DNA of 64,000 nt from the human T2T-CHM13v2.0 reference genome, Homo sapiens, in assembly GCF_009914755.1 (NCBI RefSeq), contig NC_060929.1. One strand, given 5' to 3'. Every line of letters starts with the position of its first letter. Within the stretch, counting starts at the first letter, position 1. The notes below the pieces were generated by a model. It was not told the origin of the DNA. It searched no databases and worked only from the letters and a program-made list of their open reading frames with translations. The position numbers and the translations under genes were made by a program. Of the stretch, positions 28,081 through 45,940 are shown one piece after another.

Positions 28081-28509
28081 AGGCTTGTGTTTACCATCGT
28101 GTTTCTCATTCGTCTGCCTTCTCTTGGCTTGGAAGAGAGCACCTTCCAGTTTTATTTTGTTTTGTTTTGTTTTTTGTCTTCTGCCAGGCAAGGCTTTTTC
28201 TCTCGCTGCTTTTCTTCCCCTTTGATTACAGCAGAAGTGAAGACTTTGTTTCTCTGTGTCACGTAAAATAATGATGTAGGCCCGGACATAGCCTGCTAAC
28301 TTAGAGACCCTTGGACTCTTTCATCTTTGGATCAGACGGAGCAGGGCTTGTGTTCTGTGCTTTGTGAGGCCAGTGGGGGGAGCGAGGCAGGAGCCTCCAT
28401 TCTTTTCATTAGCTTCTCAAGGCTGTTGATCAAACAGCCTCTATCTTCCTGAAAAACAGCTGAAAGAATCAAGTGTGGCAAAGCCCTGATGCCCTGCTCT
28501 GTGGTAAAT

Positions 28510-28985
28510 GGAGTGAGTCATTGCCAAAGTGTTTACCGCAGACCTACTGTGCTCCCGCTAGGTACTTTAGCAGACTCAAAACTGAATCCGGCAGTCCCTG
28601 CCTTTGAAGAGTCCTAGCCTTTTAGTGAGGAGAAGAACTTGCAGAGGAAGAGCGGCTAGCTGAGACCTAGGAAACTGGGAGACGGACTGCTTTTCACATG
28701 ACGGTGTCCGGTCTCCCCGACGGCAGTGTGGGTCACTCCCTCTCTGTCTGCAGGCTCCTGGTTTAAGGGCACCTTCCCTGGGAGGCTTTTCTGTCTCCTC
28801 TTGTCCAAGCCTACGGAACCTGGAGCTGAGCAAGGGTAATGTAGGCATTCACACATTTAGGGCTGAAATTATAAATAGGATGGTCATTTAGAGAGCAGGT
28901 GACGTTTGAGCAGAGACGGCATCTAGGGGAAAGAGGAGTTAGACGGAGGGAACAGTGTGTGCAAAGACTGAGGTGGGAACCTCGT
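28510..28985 (-). mobile_element. L2 fragments
   Basis: acctactgtgc...gtccctgcc; ggtgacgtttgagcagagac...gggaacagtgtgtgcaaagactgagg. Confidence 0.5.
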
Positions 28986-29707
28986 TGGAGCCTGGTCTCC
29001 AAGCTTATCATGATTAGTGGCAGTGAAAACCTTAAAGAAGGCCCGGACAGCTTTGGTGCAGTGGAGGGGTAATTGCATTAATGACAGAATGACAGCTCAC
29101 AGATACAGCCCACAGCCGGCTTTCTAGGAGGAAATGATCTCTAAAGGCGTCTAAACTTTTCTGGGACATGCTTGTTGAGCTCTTCATCTCTGGGCATTTA
29201 AGAAGGGAGCTTTGCCTGAGCTGACAGGCATTCCATTTGGTCTGGGTAACTAAGGGTCAGATGTGTTTTGTTTAAGAAAATGCATTCTCTCCTGCCTCCT
29301 GAGATTGGTAGAATGTTGGATGTGGCTCAGCACACCATTTTCCTTCTAAAATATTTATTGCTCTAAAAGCATTGCATGATTTAATATGCAACATGTAAAT
29401 ATTTGTCAGATAATTGCCCAATAACATTCAAAGCTTGCTTCCAATGTCTTCTGGATTTATGGTTGTTTTGTTCCTTCTGACTTGAGGCAGTGCAGGCTGC
29501 CATAATTCTTTTTCTTAATTCTTCTCTTCCACTTACTATCACCTGAAGTTCACCTTTATGGCCTTGGCGGCTCTTGAGATGACAGTGAAAACACACAAAG
29601 TGTGTTGTTTTAATTGTTGCAGAAGGGCAGTTTAAATGTCAGACAGCTCTTGGACTTAATTAGGCCCAAATACATGCTCAATTTAAAATACTGCACTCCT
29701 GTCCTGA

Positions 29708-30023
<316 letters not shown>

Positions 30024-30491
30024 TGCTTCTGCGTGTTTAAATTTCCAGGGTCTCTTGGTTACGTTTTCCAAAGGCCCCTCCATTGGTTTGTTTTGTTAGG
30101 TCAGCAAAGCCCACATCACACCCAGTGTGGGTGTTTCCCTTTACTCTTGAGGTGCTTAAAATTAAAACTTAATTTTCATAGATTTATAGCGATGATCAGG
30201 GCTTTATCTTGAAATGTATGTGAGAAAGTTTTTATTTATTTATTTTTTTAATACTTCAGAAAGATTTATAAGCTCCAGAATCACTTTTCCCCAAAAATGA
30301 GAATCCAGTTATTGCAACAGCCCTCCGTCTTTACCGGGCCTCGGTGCTCATGGCCTGCGTGTGCACAGCAACGGGCTGACTAGCATAGAAAGTGACTTCT
30401 CTGGTTCTTGTTAGTTACCATAGAAAGTGAATTCTGGCCTCAGGCCTCTGTATGCTTGCGGAGGGCCTGCAAGCACAAGCTTTGCTTTTTA

Positions 30492-31370
<879 letters not shown>

Positions 31371-31392
31371 CCCATGTGTTTTTGATATAAGA

Positions 31393-31730
31393 ATGTCAGT
31401 CATCTGTGGCCACAATCATGCTGCCTACCAAATAGCTACAAAACCTTACAGGTGTTTACAACTGTAAATGTTTTGTTGGGGGTGGCCTATCTCAGCTGAT
31501 GTAGGCTGGATTTGCTCATTCGTCTTCATTCAGCTGGTGGTCAGCTGCGAATGGCAAGACCAAAACAGTCTTAACTGGGAGGACTCATCGCTGCTCCATT
31601 TGGTCTCTCATCCTTCAGCAGGCTGTCTCGGCCTGTTTTCCATGGCAGGGGCAGGGTTCCAGGAGAGCAGGCTGAGCAAATATGGCCTCATGATGCTTCA
31701 GCTTGGCTGAAGCATCACTTCTGGCTGCTT
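31393..31730 (-). mobile_element. Old MLT1-family LTR fragment
   Basis: ctcagctgat...ggtctctcatccttcagcaggct...catggcag...gggttccaggagagc. Confidence 0.55.
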
Positions 31731-31745
31731 TGTCACGTATTGCTT

Positions 31746-32052
31746 CTTTATTTTATTTTATATTATTTTGAGATAGAGTCTCACTCTGTTGCCCAGGCTG
31801 GAGTACAGTGGCATAATCCTAGCTCACTGAGCCTTGACCTCCTGGGCACAAATGAACCTCCCACCTCAGCCTTCTGAGTAGCTGGGACTATAGGTGCACA
31901 CCTCCACGCCAGGCTAATTTTTATTTATTTTTTGTAGAGACAGGATCTTGCTATGTTGCCCAGGCTGGTCTCAAACTCCTGGCATCAAGCAGTCCTCCTG
32001 CCTCAGCCTCCCAAGGTGCTGGGATTATAGGCATGAGCTACCATGCCTGGCC
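31746..32052 (-). mobile_element. AluJ-like
   Basis: Full reverse dimer. Confidence 0.93.
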
Positions 32053-32383
32053 TCCTTTATTCTTTTCAGATTCTTTAACAACATGACTCAAATAACCTTT
32101 TTTTTTTTTTTTTGGTCAATTAGGACTCATTAAAGAAGAGAAAACAGGCATTTAGTTTTTAAAAAAATTCCTTGGTATAAGTGTGTTTGTGTTTATAACA
32201 TTGTAATTATTATTATTATTGGTCAGCTGCCAACCTGAAAACAAACAACAGGTAGAATAATCTACTTCAAGCCTGTACTTACAGTGCTAATTTCCCCCAT
32301 AGTCTGTGACTTTGCCCCTGATCTACAGTGTGAAATGGAGAGAGGGCTCTGCTGCGTTTGGGTTTCTTGAGTACTTATTTTAA

Positions 32384-32848
<465 letters not shown>

Positions 32849-32951
32849 TAAATTTAAAAAACAAAATTTGGATAAATTTAAACAACAATGACAAAGTTGA
32901 AAAAAATGTGAGTCCAGATTTCTGAGGTGTTTGCACCAGGTAGTCTCCCAG

Positions 32952-33764
<813 letters not shown>

Positions 33765-34380
33765 TGAGTCTGAAACTTACCATCCCCACAACACATGGCT
33801 TCACCTACTGCCCATGCCGCAGCGTTAGTGTCAGGCAGCCCCGTCTGGGCCTGTTCCCCAAGTGGACACTGGAATGTGACTTCTGTCTTTCCTTGTCTCA
33901 GAAAAAGTGTGCCACTATGAATGCACTTAACACCCTTCACTGGGCACCTCTGCTGAGCACAGGCTGACGTGGTTACACCTGCTTCTTCCTGGGCCTCCCT
34001 GTCCATGCCTCTCCCAGCTGGAATGTCCCTTGCCAGAAGTGTGGGTCCTAATTCAAGGGCCAGGTAAGCATCCCAGAAACAGAGGCCAGAGAGAAATGCT
34101 TCATTCTTCATTCCCATCTGATCAGATGCCTACTTCTGATCTGAGTTTCATCAGACCTGACATAAATATGCCTCTGGAAGCATACGTCGTTATTTCTCTG
34201 TTTCTTTGAAATTGCTCTCAAATCCCACCACTCCAATCCAATCAGTTGCCACTGAGCCAGCTGTGACATGGGATTTCACTTCTACCTCAATTTCTGTATC
34301 TCTGACTTAGTAGAAATAAGTAAAATCCACCTTCAACTGTCCTTTAAATTCAGGGACATCATTTAAAAATAATCTCTTCC

Positions 34381-35079
<699 letters not shown>

Positions 35080-35499
35080 CATACTTAATGACATCAAGGA
35101 CTCCTGACACCCTACTTTATCTTAAACTCTGACATCATCAGATCTACAAACAGGTAACACCATCATACCCCTCCACTCCCCATCACAAATAAAAGGGGCC
35201 TCCTCTCAGTCATGCTCTTCACGTCTGTGTGGCTGCCATCAACCCCTTCCTTGCCCCGGGCTCTTTTACACACGCACAAACATGCGTGAGCAGGCGTGTA
35301 CACACACACATACACACATATCATTCCACCGGCTGTGTAGAAGATATCCACCTTTTGTGAATGAAACATATTTTCTATTTTCTTTGTTCACATATTTTAG
35401 TAACTTTTCTACATATTTCTTTCAGTTAAAAGGATTTATGTATTCTTTTACATATGGAATTATCTTGACTTAATTTGGAGAAAAATTTCACATGGTTAT

Positions 35500-35990
35500 G
35501 ATTTAGAATTATTAGCCCAGTAGGCTGTAAAGCCAAGCTCAAGAAAATTCAAAAAAATGGTGTCATAAACACCATGTTCTCTGAATTTGGTTAATTTTTT
35601 TTTTCTAGATCTAACACAATTCTAAATAACTCCTAGATAAAATGGGAAACCATAATGTAAATTGAGCTGAAAAGTAATAAAAATATTACATATCAAAATT
35701 TGTGGGGAAAAGCAAAAGTGGTATCTTGAAGGAAAATTACAGGTAGCATAAAACTAAAGGAAAGAAATAATCAAATGAAAAGCAGAAATTGATGAAATCA
35801 TGAAGATTATAGATCCAGGACAAAAGCTGATTCTCTGAAAGTAATAATAAAATAGATATTTTTGACAGTAGCTGTCATCAAAAAGAGAAATAGCACACAT
35901 TTGAAAATACAGGATAACAGGTTATAGCACAGTTAAAACAAAGATTAAAAAGAGATCCTGTAAGAATGTCATCCTATTAAACTTTAAAAC
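35500..35990 (+). mobile_element. Old L1M ORF2 fragment
   Basis: ttctaaataac...acatatcaaaatttgtggg...gcaaaagtggta...ggaaaatt; A-rich. Confidence 0.65.
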
Positions 35991-35991
35991 T

Positions 35992-36303
<312 letters not shown>

Positions 36304-36589
36304 TTAATTCTATGCCATTGTTGGGCCTTACCTTTATGAATAAGTAAACAGGGCCTGGCAAACGGAACCAGTTTTCTGTCCTTTAGAGCTAGAGCTAAGG
36401 GTAAATATGACGGGCAGAGTCCCCTATTTAAGTTGGAGAGCTTTCTGTAGGTTCCCAGAGCATGGCTAACACCATCTCCAGAGACCTTCTGCTGCACATT
36501 CAAGCACTTCTAGGCCACTCTGCTTCCCTTCACAGGGACACCGACTTACCCTTGCTGATTTAAAAATAAAGGAAGGCCAGGGAATTACA

Positions 36590-37022
36590 GGGAGTGAAAA
36601 GAGTCGGTCTCAGAAGGTTATATGCTGTATGCTTCCATTGACGTCACAGTCTTGAAATAATGCCGTTGTGGAGATGGAGAACTGATCAGAGGCTGCTGGG
36701 GCCGAGCGTGGGGAGGGGAGAAGTGTTACCATAAAGGGGTAGCTGGAGGGGGCCTTTCAGTGCTGGAACCTTTTTGTGCCTTGATGGTGGTGGTTACAGG
36801 AAGCTACGTGGGGGTTAAAATTGTATAGATGGACGTATACACACACACACACACACACGATTGTGTGCATACAGGTGCAATCTGAATAAGCTGCATGGAT
36901 TCCAGCAATGTCAAGTTCGTGGCATTGTTATTGTACAGTAATTGTGGAAGATGCTACCTTTGGGGAGGACAGGTGAAGGGTACAAGTTCTTGTGGGGCTG
37001 TAACTATTTCAAAATAAAAAGT
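36590..37022 (+). mobile_element. Old L1M 3' end containing (CA)n
   Basis: gagtgaaaagag...aggttatatgctgtatg...ttgtacagta...tcaaaataaaaagt. Confidence 0.7.
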
Positions 37023-37169
37023 TGAATGAGCGTGAAAAGCTGCACGCATGACCTTTTTCCTGTAGCCTTGTTTCCATGAATCGATTGAATTTTGGACATG
37101 AAAGCAGGGTCAGACCTAGTTATTAATAGGTGGGAAGAGGACTCACTGGAAATATTGGGCAACAGAACC

Positions 37170-37530
37170 TGGCTGCCTTCACTGTGGTTCATGGGCCAGC
37201 AGCGTTGGCATCGCCTGGGAGCTTCTACCAAATGCAGGATCTCAGGCCCCTGAGAATCTGCATTTCAAGGTCCTGAGATGATTTGCACATACATTTAAGT
37301 TTCAGGAGTTCTAGAACTTTTCTTAGAGTAGAAATCCAGTTTGTTGGTTGCATGATCCTGGACAAGTCCCATGATCTTTTGATCTTTAGTTTCCTTTAGA
37401 TACCCATCTAGAAACTGGGAGGCTTACTATGAAGATAATAACACCTCCTAGAGGTTCTAGGCAGAACTAACGAGTAAGTTACAGAGAATGTGCTTGTGCT
37501 GTAATAGACACTCAGTAAACAGAGCTGTTG
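37170..37530. mobile_element. MER5A fragment followed by MIR
   Basis: gcatcgcctgggagctt...aaatgcaggatctcaggccc...tctgcattt; then ctggacaagtc...tagtttcct...agtaaac. Confidence 0.6.
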
Positions 37531-37794
37531 TTTCTATGGGCGAATGAATCTCCAGATGGTTTTCCAGTACTGCTAGTTCCATTTTAGCCAAGGGGAAAAG
37601 TGGAAGCAAATTGAATGTTTAACCAAAAGAAGAGTAGTTAAGAAAATAGCACATCCACATGGTGAGGCCTCTTTTGTAACTGTTAAAAGTGGCAGCCAGT
37701 GCCATGGGGAGAAGCCCAGAAGAGAGCAGAGGAGGGTGCTGGGGCTTCTGGTGCATCCTGTGGGCACCTCGGATGACGCGAGGGTGGAGCCTGA

Positions 37795-38281
<487 letters not shown>

Positions 38282-39012
38282 GGCCTTTCTCTTTTCTTCA
38301 GCACCAGTTACTGCAAAGACCCCTGGAGTCGGGGCCCATCCTGGGTCTTGCAGGGACTGATTCTGTCCGGTGTCGGGCTATGCACAGGCAGCTGTGGTGG
38401 ATTCCTGGGTTCTCCCCACATCTGCTTCCCTTTAACATGTCAAGGCAGCCATCCAAAGGGCATGACCCTTTCCATGTGTAGCGGGAGGGTCAGTCTGTAT
38501 CGCTTCCTTCTAGACCTTGCAGCTTTTGTATTTTAAAACTCGAGAGACAATAGTCATCTCCTAAAAATAGCAGCAGTGACATAGCTCCGCAGTCAGTTTT
38601 GCTGGCACTGGGAATTCAGCTTTTGTCTCTGGTGTTAGATAATGGGCAGGTTTCTAGGAAATGAATTCCATGTACAGTAGAGCCAGGTTCAGTTGACCTC
38701 ACTGGAGACCTTGAACCCAGCTTGCTGCACCGTGGGGTCCTTTAATCATCTCCCTGCTGACCTCCATGCTTTGGAGGGTCCAGGTCTTAGGGGGACCTGT
38801 TTCCTTGGGAGTACAAAGGCCCTAGACACTTAAGAGTCGCGTTTCAGGAAGCTGGCACAGCCTGTGAGGGGCCTTCAGGAGTGGGGAAAGGGGCAGTGCC
38901 TTGTCACCTATATGTCCTCTGTTGAAGAGTGAACTGCACCAGGCCATCTCTGAGGCTCTTTCACACACTGTGATGGGTGGAAGGCCACTTTCAGCTGCAA
39001 GTACAGACCCTG

Positions 39013-39132
39013 TAGATGATCAGCTCATTCTAGTTTGCCTGGGACTTTCCAGTTTTTTGTTTTTAGCACTGAAAATCCTGTATCCTGGGAAACCCCTCTG
39101 TCCCCAGGAAACTGGGATGGTTAGTCAACCTG
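39013..39132 (+). mobile_element. MER81 (hAT-Blackjack) MITE
   Basis: gtttgcctgggactttcc...ttttagcactgaaa...gggaaacccct...aaactgggatggttagtcaacct, with degenerate TIRs. Confidence 0.75.
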
Positions 39133-39739
39133 CCTATGTACAAGGCCACCCTTAGGTTGAGGCTGCACACAGAGTGCTGCCTAAGAGAAGCTGAAGGACC
39201 CACCAACAGCAGAATTTCTCCTTTAGCACTATCTGGCCCCTGACTTTGGAGGAAAGCAGCATGTTAAGTTACATTATCTGGAAGGAAGCACTGGACTAAA
39301 CTTAGTCCCTTATACTGGATTCTTTTATCACACAAGAAAGCCATCACCCAGCCAAGGGCAGGACCCGCATGGGGACACAGGACAGATAGATCTTCTTGGG
39401 GGGATTTTGGGAGATAGGACAGCCCTTGATCAGAGAGGGCCCATGGGGTGGAGGGTGGGGCTGGATTGGAGTTGGGGAAATGTAGATTAAATACATTTCT
39501 TGAAAAAAATTCAGTTAAGATATGCTAGAGAAGCTACGGTCAATTTCTTTTTAATAGAAATAATCATTTTTAAATTTTATCAAGTGTAAACAAATCTGAA
39601 CCGTTGGGTTTGTTTATGAGGCACAAGTGTATTGAGTTAATTTTGAAAAACCCCAAACCTATCTCATTTTTTAGAGATAGTGACTTACAGTGACTCTACT
39701 AATAATTTTATTGGGTCTAAGAATACTTAAGATACTCTT

Positions 39740-40041
<302 letters not shown>

Positions 40042-40666
40042 GATACTCTCTCCTTTTTTTTTTAATTCCCTAGTTTTAATCTGGTAGAGGGACCTTGAAA
40101 ATACTTAAATACTCATATCATTCTTATGGATTGGTTTGGGTGTGTGAGTTCTAACATAGACAGGAAGGCTATTTTTCCTATCAATAACATCCAAGAAGCC
40201 TGCTAAGTAATGGTTTTTTTTTTTTGGAAAAACCATTTGGAAAAGAATAGATTTTCCTGAACTTTATTAAAACACAAATCAGGTGCTGAAGGGATAATTT
40301 TGAAATTCTGTATTTTGAATGTCTTTCCACTTGCAGAAGAGGTATGTAGTTTTTAAAATTTCTGAATAGAACTACTTGTGCATGACTTTGAAAAAGTCAC
40401 TTTCACTCAAAAAATACCAGGTTCTTTACCTGGAAAATTAATCAATGCACATATAGATGATCTCTAGCTCTAAAAATTGATGGGATTCTATCTTATGATT
40501 TAAAAAATTAAATGAGTAGTATTAAATGATTAAAATAAGTAGTCACGGGATGACTAGGAACAGAATTTTTTTTTTTTAAAGAAACCTAGTGAGAAAGGTC
40601 AAAGTAATGGGAAATCCCCAAAAAGCATAGTAAAAGGAAGCAATATGAAAGTGAAGAAAAAGGAAC

Positions 40667-40890
40667 CTTTTAAATAACAGCTGTATTGATACAGAATTCA
40701 CATACCATACAATTTAACCGTTTAATGTCTACCGTGGTTTTTATCATGTTCACAGATTTGTACAATTATCCCCACAGTTAATTTCAGAACATTTTCATCA
40801 ATTCAGAAAGAACCACATACCTTTTAGCTTTTACCCTCTATTCCCCACCCCCTCCAGCCCTAAGCAACCATTAATCTACTCTGTCTGCCT
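40667..40890 (-). mobile_element. L1MB-like 3' end
   Basis: aattcacataccatacaattt...ttcagaacattttcatca...ccagccctaagcaaccattaatctact. Confidence 0.75.
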
Positions 40891-42432
40891 GTTTACATGA
40901 TTTATGGGAGGATTTTTATGAAAGAACCAGATCCCTGTAATTTTATGTCCCCCTATCTTGACATTTTCCTCAGTAAGAGAGTAGGACAATCACTCCACCA
41001 CCAGGAGTGGCTGCCACATGCAAGACATATGTGGGTTCTACCTGCAAGGGTCTCACCATAAATTACCTGTCAATTACAGTGGAGGATGAGGGGCTGAGTC
41101 TTTTAAAGTATGCAGAGCCCTAAGTCTGACTCATTCTGTGTTGAGCGTTGGGCCACACTGTCTGCTCATTCATCTCTAGTTGGTTTGCTGACCTGTCGCT
41201 GCAGAGGTCCTCCGAGTGTGGTCCCCACCCAGCCTCACTTGGGACCTCACCCTAGACCCCTTGCTGGGGCAGCAGGGTCAGCACTCAGTATTGAGCAAAC
41301 CCTCCAGCGGATTATGTTGCCTGCTCGAGTTTGAGCACCATGGATGTTTCTTGTCCCCCACCCCCAGCCCCACCCTGCCACCCTTCAGGTTTTCTCTACC
41401 CTGCTTTCTTTTCTGAAGAGAAGGTTGCAGTTGGTTTCTCTGGATCTTGTCTGTTCTCTCTCACTCTTTTCTTTCTTTTCTTGGTCCTGCCTCCGGTTTG
41501 GGGTGGGGGCAGCTCTGTGGAGAGTAGGCCAGTTGGCTTTGCCTTTGGTGGGGTGTCGGGGGTGAGGCTTGGGAGGGACTCGGGAGTGGAGAGATGTTGA
41601 CAGAAATCTGCTTTTGCCAGTGGCTTTGGTCCGGACTTGCCCCTGGACCAGGTCTTTTCAGTGGCCTCCTCCCACTGCCTCTTCCATTCTTCCCTCTCTT
41701 CTGGTTCTTTCCCTCCTTTTCATGAACATATTTAGATCCCTCCTGTCATTAAAAACAAAACCAACCCAACACTCCAAACTCACTTGGCAGTGGGTTGGGC
41801 TCTGGCAGGTCCTCTAAGTCTTCTGCTTCCCAAGGCCAAAGGGCTGCCAGTCGGTGGGTCCCATGTCCTCGTCCTGCCTCCAGCCTTGGGGTGGGCTGGT
41901 TCTGCCCTTGCCAGCCCAGGGCTTCTGCCTTCTCAGGCTGCTTCTCTGCAGTGTGTATTGGCTTTATTGGTGGGTGTCATGAAAGCATCTGTGCCTGGGG
42001 CCTGGTCCCACCCCTTAAGTCCTGATTTCTTCCCCATCCCAGCCACTGAGACTTCTCATGACCTTGGCAGGGCTGCCTCCTCCTCCCCCAGTGTTTTGGG
42101 CACTATTGTCAGAATTGGAACATGATGACAAACCTGCTTTGGGGACTGGGATGCCAGGGCAGAGTCTCAGATTCCCTTGGCCCCCTGCCTTTCAGCCAGG
42201 TGTCCTAGGGGAGAGCAGCCTGTTTGAGGTGCACGGTGGCCTGGCCCTCTGGGCTCGCCAACACCGTGGCTCCTAGGAACTGCTCTGCGTCTGGGATCCT
42301 CTACCCTGGATCCGGGAGCCTCTTTTTGCTTTTTGCTTCTTTACACTGCTCATTTTTGGTCTCCCCTGGATGGTCTGGTTTCCCTTCCTTTGTTCCATGA
42401 GGCACTTTTCATAGGCTGGCCTCTTTACTCCC

Positions 42433-42820
42433 TGTCATGGTTAGTTTTATGAGTCAGCTGGGCTAGGCCACAGTACCCAGGTATTCAGTCAAACACTGGT
42501 CTAGGTGTTCCTGTGCAGGTATTTTGTAGCTGTGGTTAACATCTACAATTAGTTGACTTTAAGTCAAGGAGATTACTCTCTATAATTTGGGTGGACCTCA
42601 TCCAATCAGTTGAACAAAAACTGAGGTTTCCTGGAGGAGAAGAAATTCTGCCTCAAAGCTGCAGCCTCAACTCCTGCCTGAGTTTCCAGCCTGCCTGCCT
42701 GCCCTGTAGATTTTGGACTTGCCAGCCCCCACAATCTCATGAGCCAGTTTCTTAAAATAAATCTCTTTATGTCTGTATCTCCTCTTGGTTCTGTCTCTCT
42801 GGAGAGCCCTGACTTATGCA
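42433..42820 (+). mobile_element. Complete MLT2 (ERVL) solo LTR, MLT2D-like
   Basis: tgtcatggttagttttatgagtcagctggg...aaataaatctc...ctggagagccctgacttatgca; TSD ctccc/ttccc. Confidence 0.88.
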
Positions 42821-42993
42821 TTCCCATAGGAACATTGTCTGCTGGCAGAGCCTCCTCAGGCTCACGCAGCTGGTGCCAGCTCTCAGCCCTGGACCACTTT
42901 CCTAAGAGTCATGTGTGCATTCAGCCTCATGTGCAGAGTTCCTCTTGCCAGTCTTCCCCCAGCATCTCCTTCTTAACGTATTCCTTTTGCCTC

Positions 42994-43164
42994 CAGGGCC
43001 AGCTTCCTGGGTATACAGCCTGTCCAGTTCACAGGCCTGTGCTTAAAAGGGCCCTATGTCTGATGTAACACTCTGCTGTTACTGTTTTGAAATTCTTAAT
43101 GGTTTTGAACCAGGGCCTGCATTTTCATTTTGTACTGGGGCTGCAAAGTACGGAGCTGGTCCTA
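42994..43164 (+). mobile_element. MER45A (hAT-Tip100)
   Basis: cagggccagcttc...aagggccc...ttgaaattcttaat...cattttcattttgtactggg...gctggtcct. Confidence 0.75.
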
Positions 43165-43838
43165 GCTGTCCCTGCGTTTCTGGCTGCCCGTGTTTACAAT
43201 CCTAGAGTCAGCCCAGCCTTCCTCATCTCCTGTATCCAGTCATTTCCCAAGCGGGGGGGATGTCCACCATGATGGTCTCCCACATTTCACTGGGGTCTCA
43301 CTTAAGCAAGTGCTATAACCCCCCGCCCTGGAGTCTCTCACCAGTCTGTTCTGCTGCCACTTCTAGATTTATCTTCATGTATGTGGCTTTTTTATTTTCT
43401 TTTTAACAACAGCATTGTCTTTGGAAACTCTCCCTGCAGGGCTCCTCCCAACAGTTCTCCAGATGCTTCCCTCTGTGTCACAGAAGCCAGGTGACTTGCT
43501 GTCCCCCAGCTGTGCGCTGTGCTGCCTGCTCCCTGTTCCGCCATGGTGGATCCTTGTTCCCCATGGACCACACACCTGTCCCTCCTTTGACTGCAAGGCC
43601 ACTCAGAGTTCCCCTCCCATGGACTTCCCGTGGGCTCCTTTGCCGCATGGCTTCCCCGACTTTGGACCCTCATCGCAGTTCGCAACTTGGTATAGATGCC
43701 TTTCATTCTGCGTTGTTTTATATTGATTGGTGGATATTTTCTCTTGAAGCTTGGTCAGCTCCATGAGGGAGATGCTCAACCTCATTCAGTTTCTGCCCTG
43801 TGCAGTCCGGCAGTTTGTCGCACATGGTTGGTGGATGA

Positions 43839-44158
<320 letters not shown>

Positions 44159-44244
44159 TGTCCCTGCTTTTTGAACATGATTCAAGTATCGTGCCCTGTT
44201 GCCAGTTACATATACTATTTTGAAAATTCTTAAAAATAGGATAG

Positions 44245-44412
44245 GTCTCAGCACTGTGGACATTTTGGTTCTAATAATCCTTTACTGTGGGAACCCGTCC
44301 TGTGCATGGCAAGGTGCTGAGTAGCATCCCTGGCCCCTGCCCACTGGATGCCAGCACCAGTGCCTTCCCCTCTGTGACAATGAAAGTCTCCAGACATTGC
44401 CAGTTTCTCCTG
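44245..44412 (+). mobile_element. MER20 (hAT-Charlie)
   Basis: gtcctgtgcat...agcatccctggcc...cccactggatgccag...gtctccagacattgcca. Confidence 0.8.
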
Positions 44413-45122
44413 TTGAAGTCACTGGAATAGGGATAGAGACTGAAGGGAGTAAGATTGTTGGAGTTGTGAACCTGAGTGCCTTCTTACCTGGAAGGATCTG
44501 TGGTATTTGGCACGCCTCGCTGCTCTCTCCTGCCTCTTCCTCACCAAGAGTTTTGTCAGGTGTTTTTTACAGTTAAAGAATTTATGTACTTTGGTAGGAA
44601 AATTGTGTTTACCAGCCCTTCCAACAGGCGGTCCTATTCTGTAAGATGGAAAATACCTATAATTAGAATTCCTGGCTCTGTAAATGCTTCTCTCTTTGTG
44701 ATTTGGAGTGTTTGTTGTTGTTTGAATCTTAACATTTGACTGTATTTTTCTCTTGGAGTTGTAATAAGACAAGGGAGCTTTTAAAAGTGTAATCTGAGGA
44801 GATTAACCCCAGGAGGCATGAAATATCCCTCCGAAGATCACAGTCGGTCTTTCGAGGACATCCTGCCACGTTTACCCAGTGCCCGGCGTGAGCAGCCTAG
44901 AAGACGAGTGGTGGCAGCTGCCACCTGCCCGGTGAAAATGTAATTGACAGGAAATTAATGAGGGGCCAGAGATGACTGTTTTATGCCTAACAGAACCACA
45001 TGACACGTGTTTTACCAAGAAATCATACATTTGGCTTTGATTTTCAAAGTGATTTTTATGAACTAATAACACTTCAAGCAGGCACTTTCTCTGTTGGAAT
45101 TCTCCCTTTAAAAAGAACTGTC

Positions 45123-45424
45123 AGCTGGGGGCGGTGGCTTATGCGTGTAATCCCAGAACTTCGGGAGGCTGAAGTGGGCTGATCACTTGAGCTTGGGAGT
45201 TCAAGACCAGTCTGGGCAACATAGTAAGACCCTGTCTCTACAAAAAATGCAAAAATTAGCCAGATGTGGGGGTACATGCCTATAGTCCTAGCTACTTTGG
45301 AGGCTGAGGCAGGAGGATCACTTGAGCTGGAAAGTTGAAGCTGCAGTGAGCCATGATCATGCCACTGCATTCCAGCCTGGGAGACAGAGCAAGACCCTGT
45401 CTCAAAAAAATAATAATAAAAAAA
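45123..45424 (+). mobile_element. AluJ-like
   Basis: TSD aaaaagaa(c/a)tgtca. Confidence 0.95.
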
Positions 45425-45496
45425 GAAATGTCACAAAACAATTTGCATTAAATAAGCCTCTTGATTCAGCATGAAGTTGCCTCTTTTTCAGTTTAA

Positions 45497-45940
45497 TGTA
45501 TTTATTTATTTAGCAAATATTTATTGGATAGGGGTACCTGTGCCAGGCGCTGTTCTAGGGGACAGAATGCCAGACAGAAATGGAGATTGCTGCTGAAGTG
45601 GAGCTTACGTGATTTTGGGGGTGAGAAACAATAACAAGCTCAAATACATGCACCTCTTCTCAGGAGGGAGCAAGTGCTCAGGAGATGGGATAAGGTAGGC
45701 AGGGAAAGGGTTTTGCAGCACTGGGCTGGTGCTGAAAATTTCCGTCCTCGTTGAGGAAGGAACCTTTGAGTAAAGACCTGGAAGGAAGTGAAAGTCTTGC
45801 TGTTTGGAGGTCTAGGAAAGAGCCTTCCAGGCTGGTGGAGCAGGTGGTAGAGCTGGAATGTTCTAGAAGAGCCAGAGGTCAGAGGGACTACAGCAGAGCA
45901 CCGTGGGGAGAGGGCAGGAGATGAGGTCAGAAGTGACCAG
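45497..45940 (-). mobile_element. L2 3' region
   Basis: caaatatttattg...tgtgccaggcgctgttctagg...tttgagtaaagacctg...gatgaggtcaga. Confidence 0.7.

Noticed and set aside
44910-44925. 16-bp perfect palindrome ggtggcagctgccacc overlapping a CTCF-like word
   Set aside because: About one such palindrome is expected by chance in 64 kb, and the CTCF match has core mismatches.
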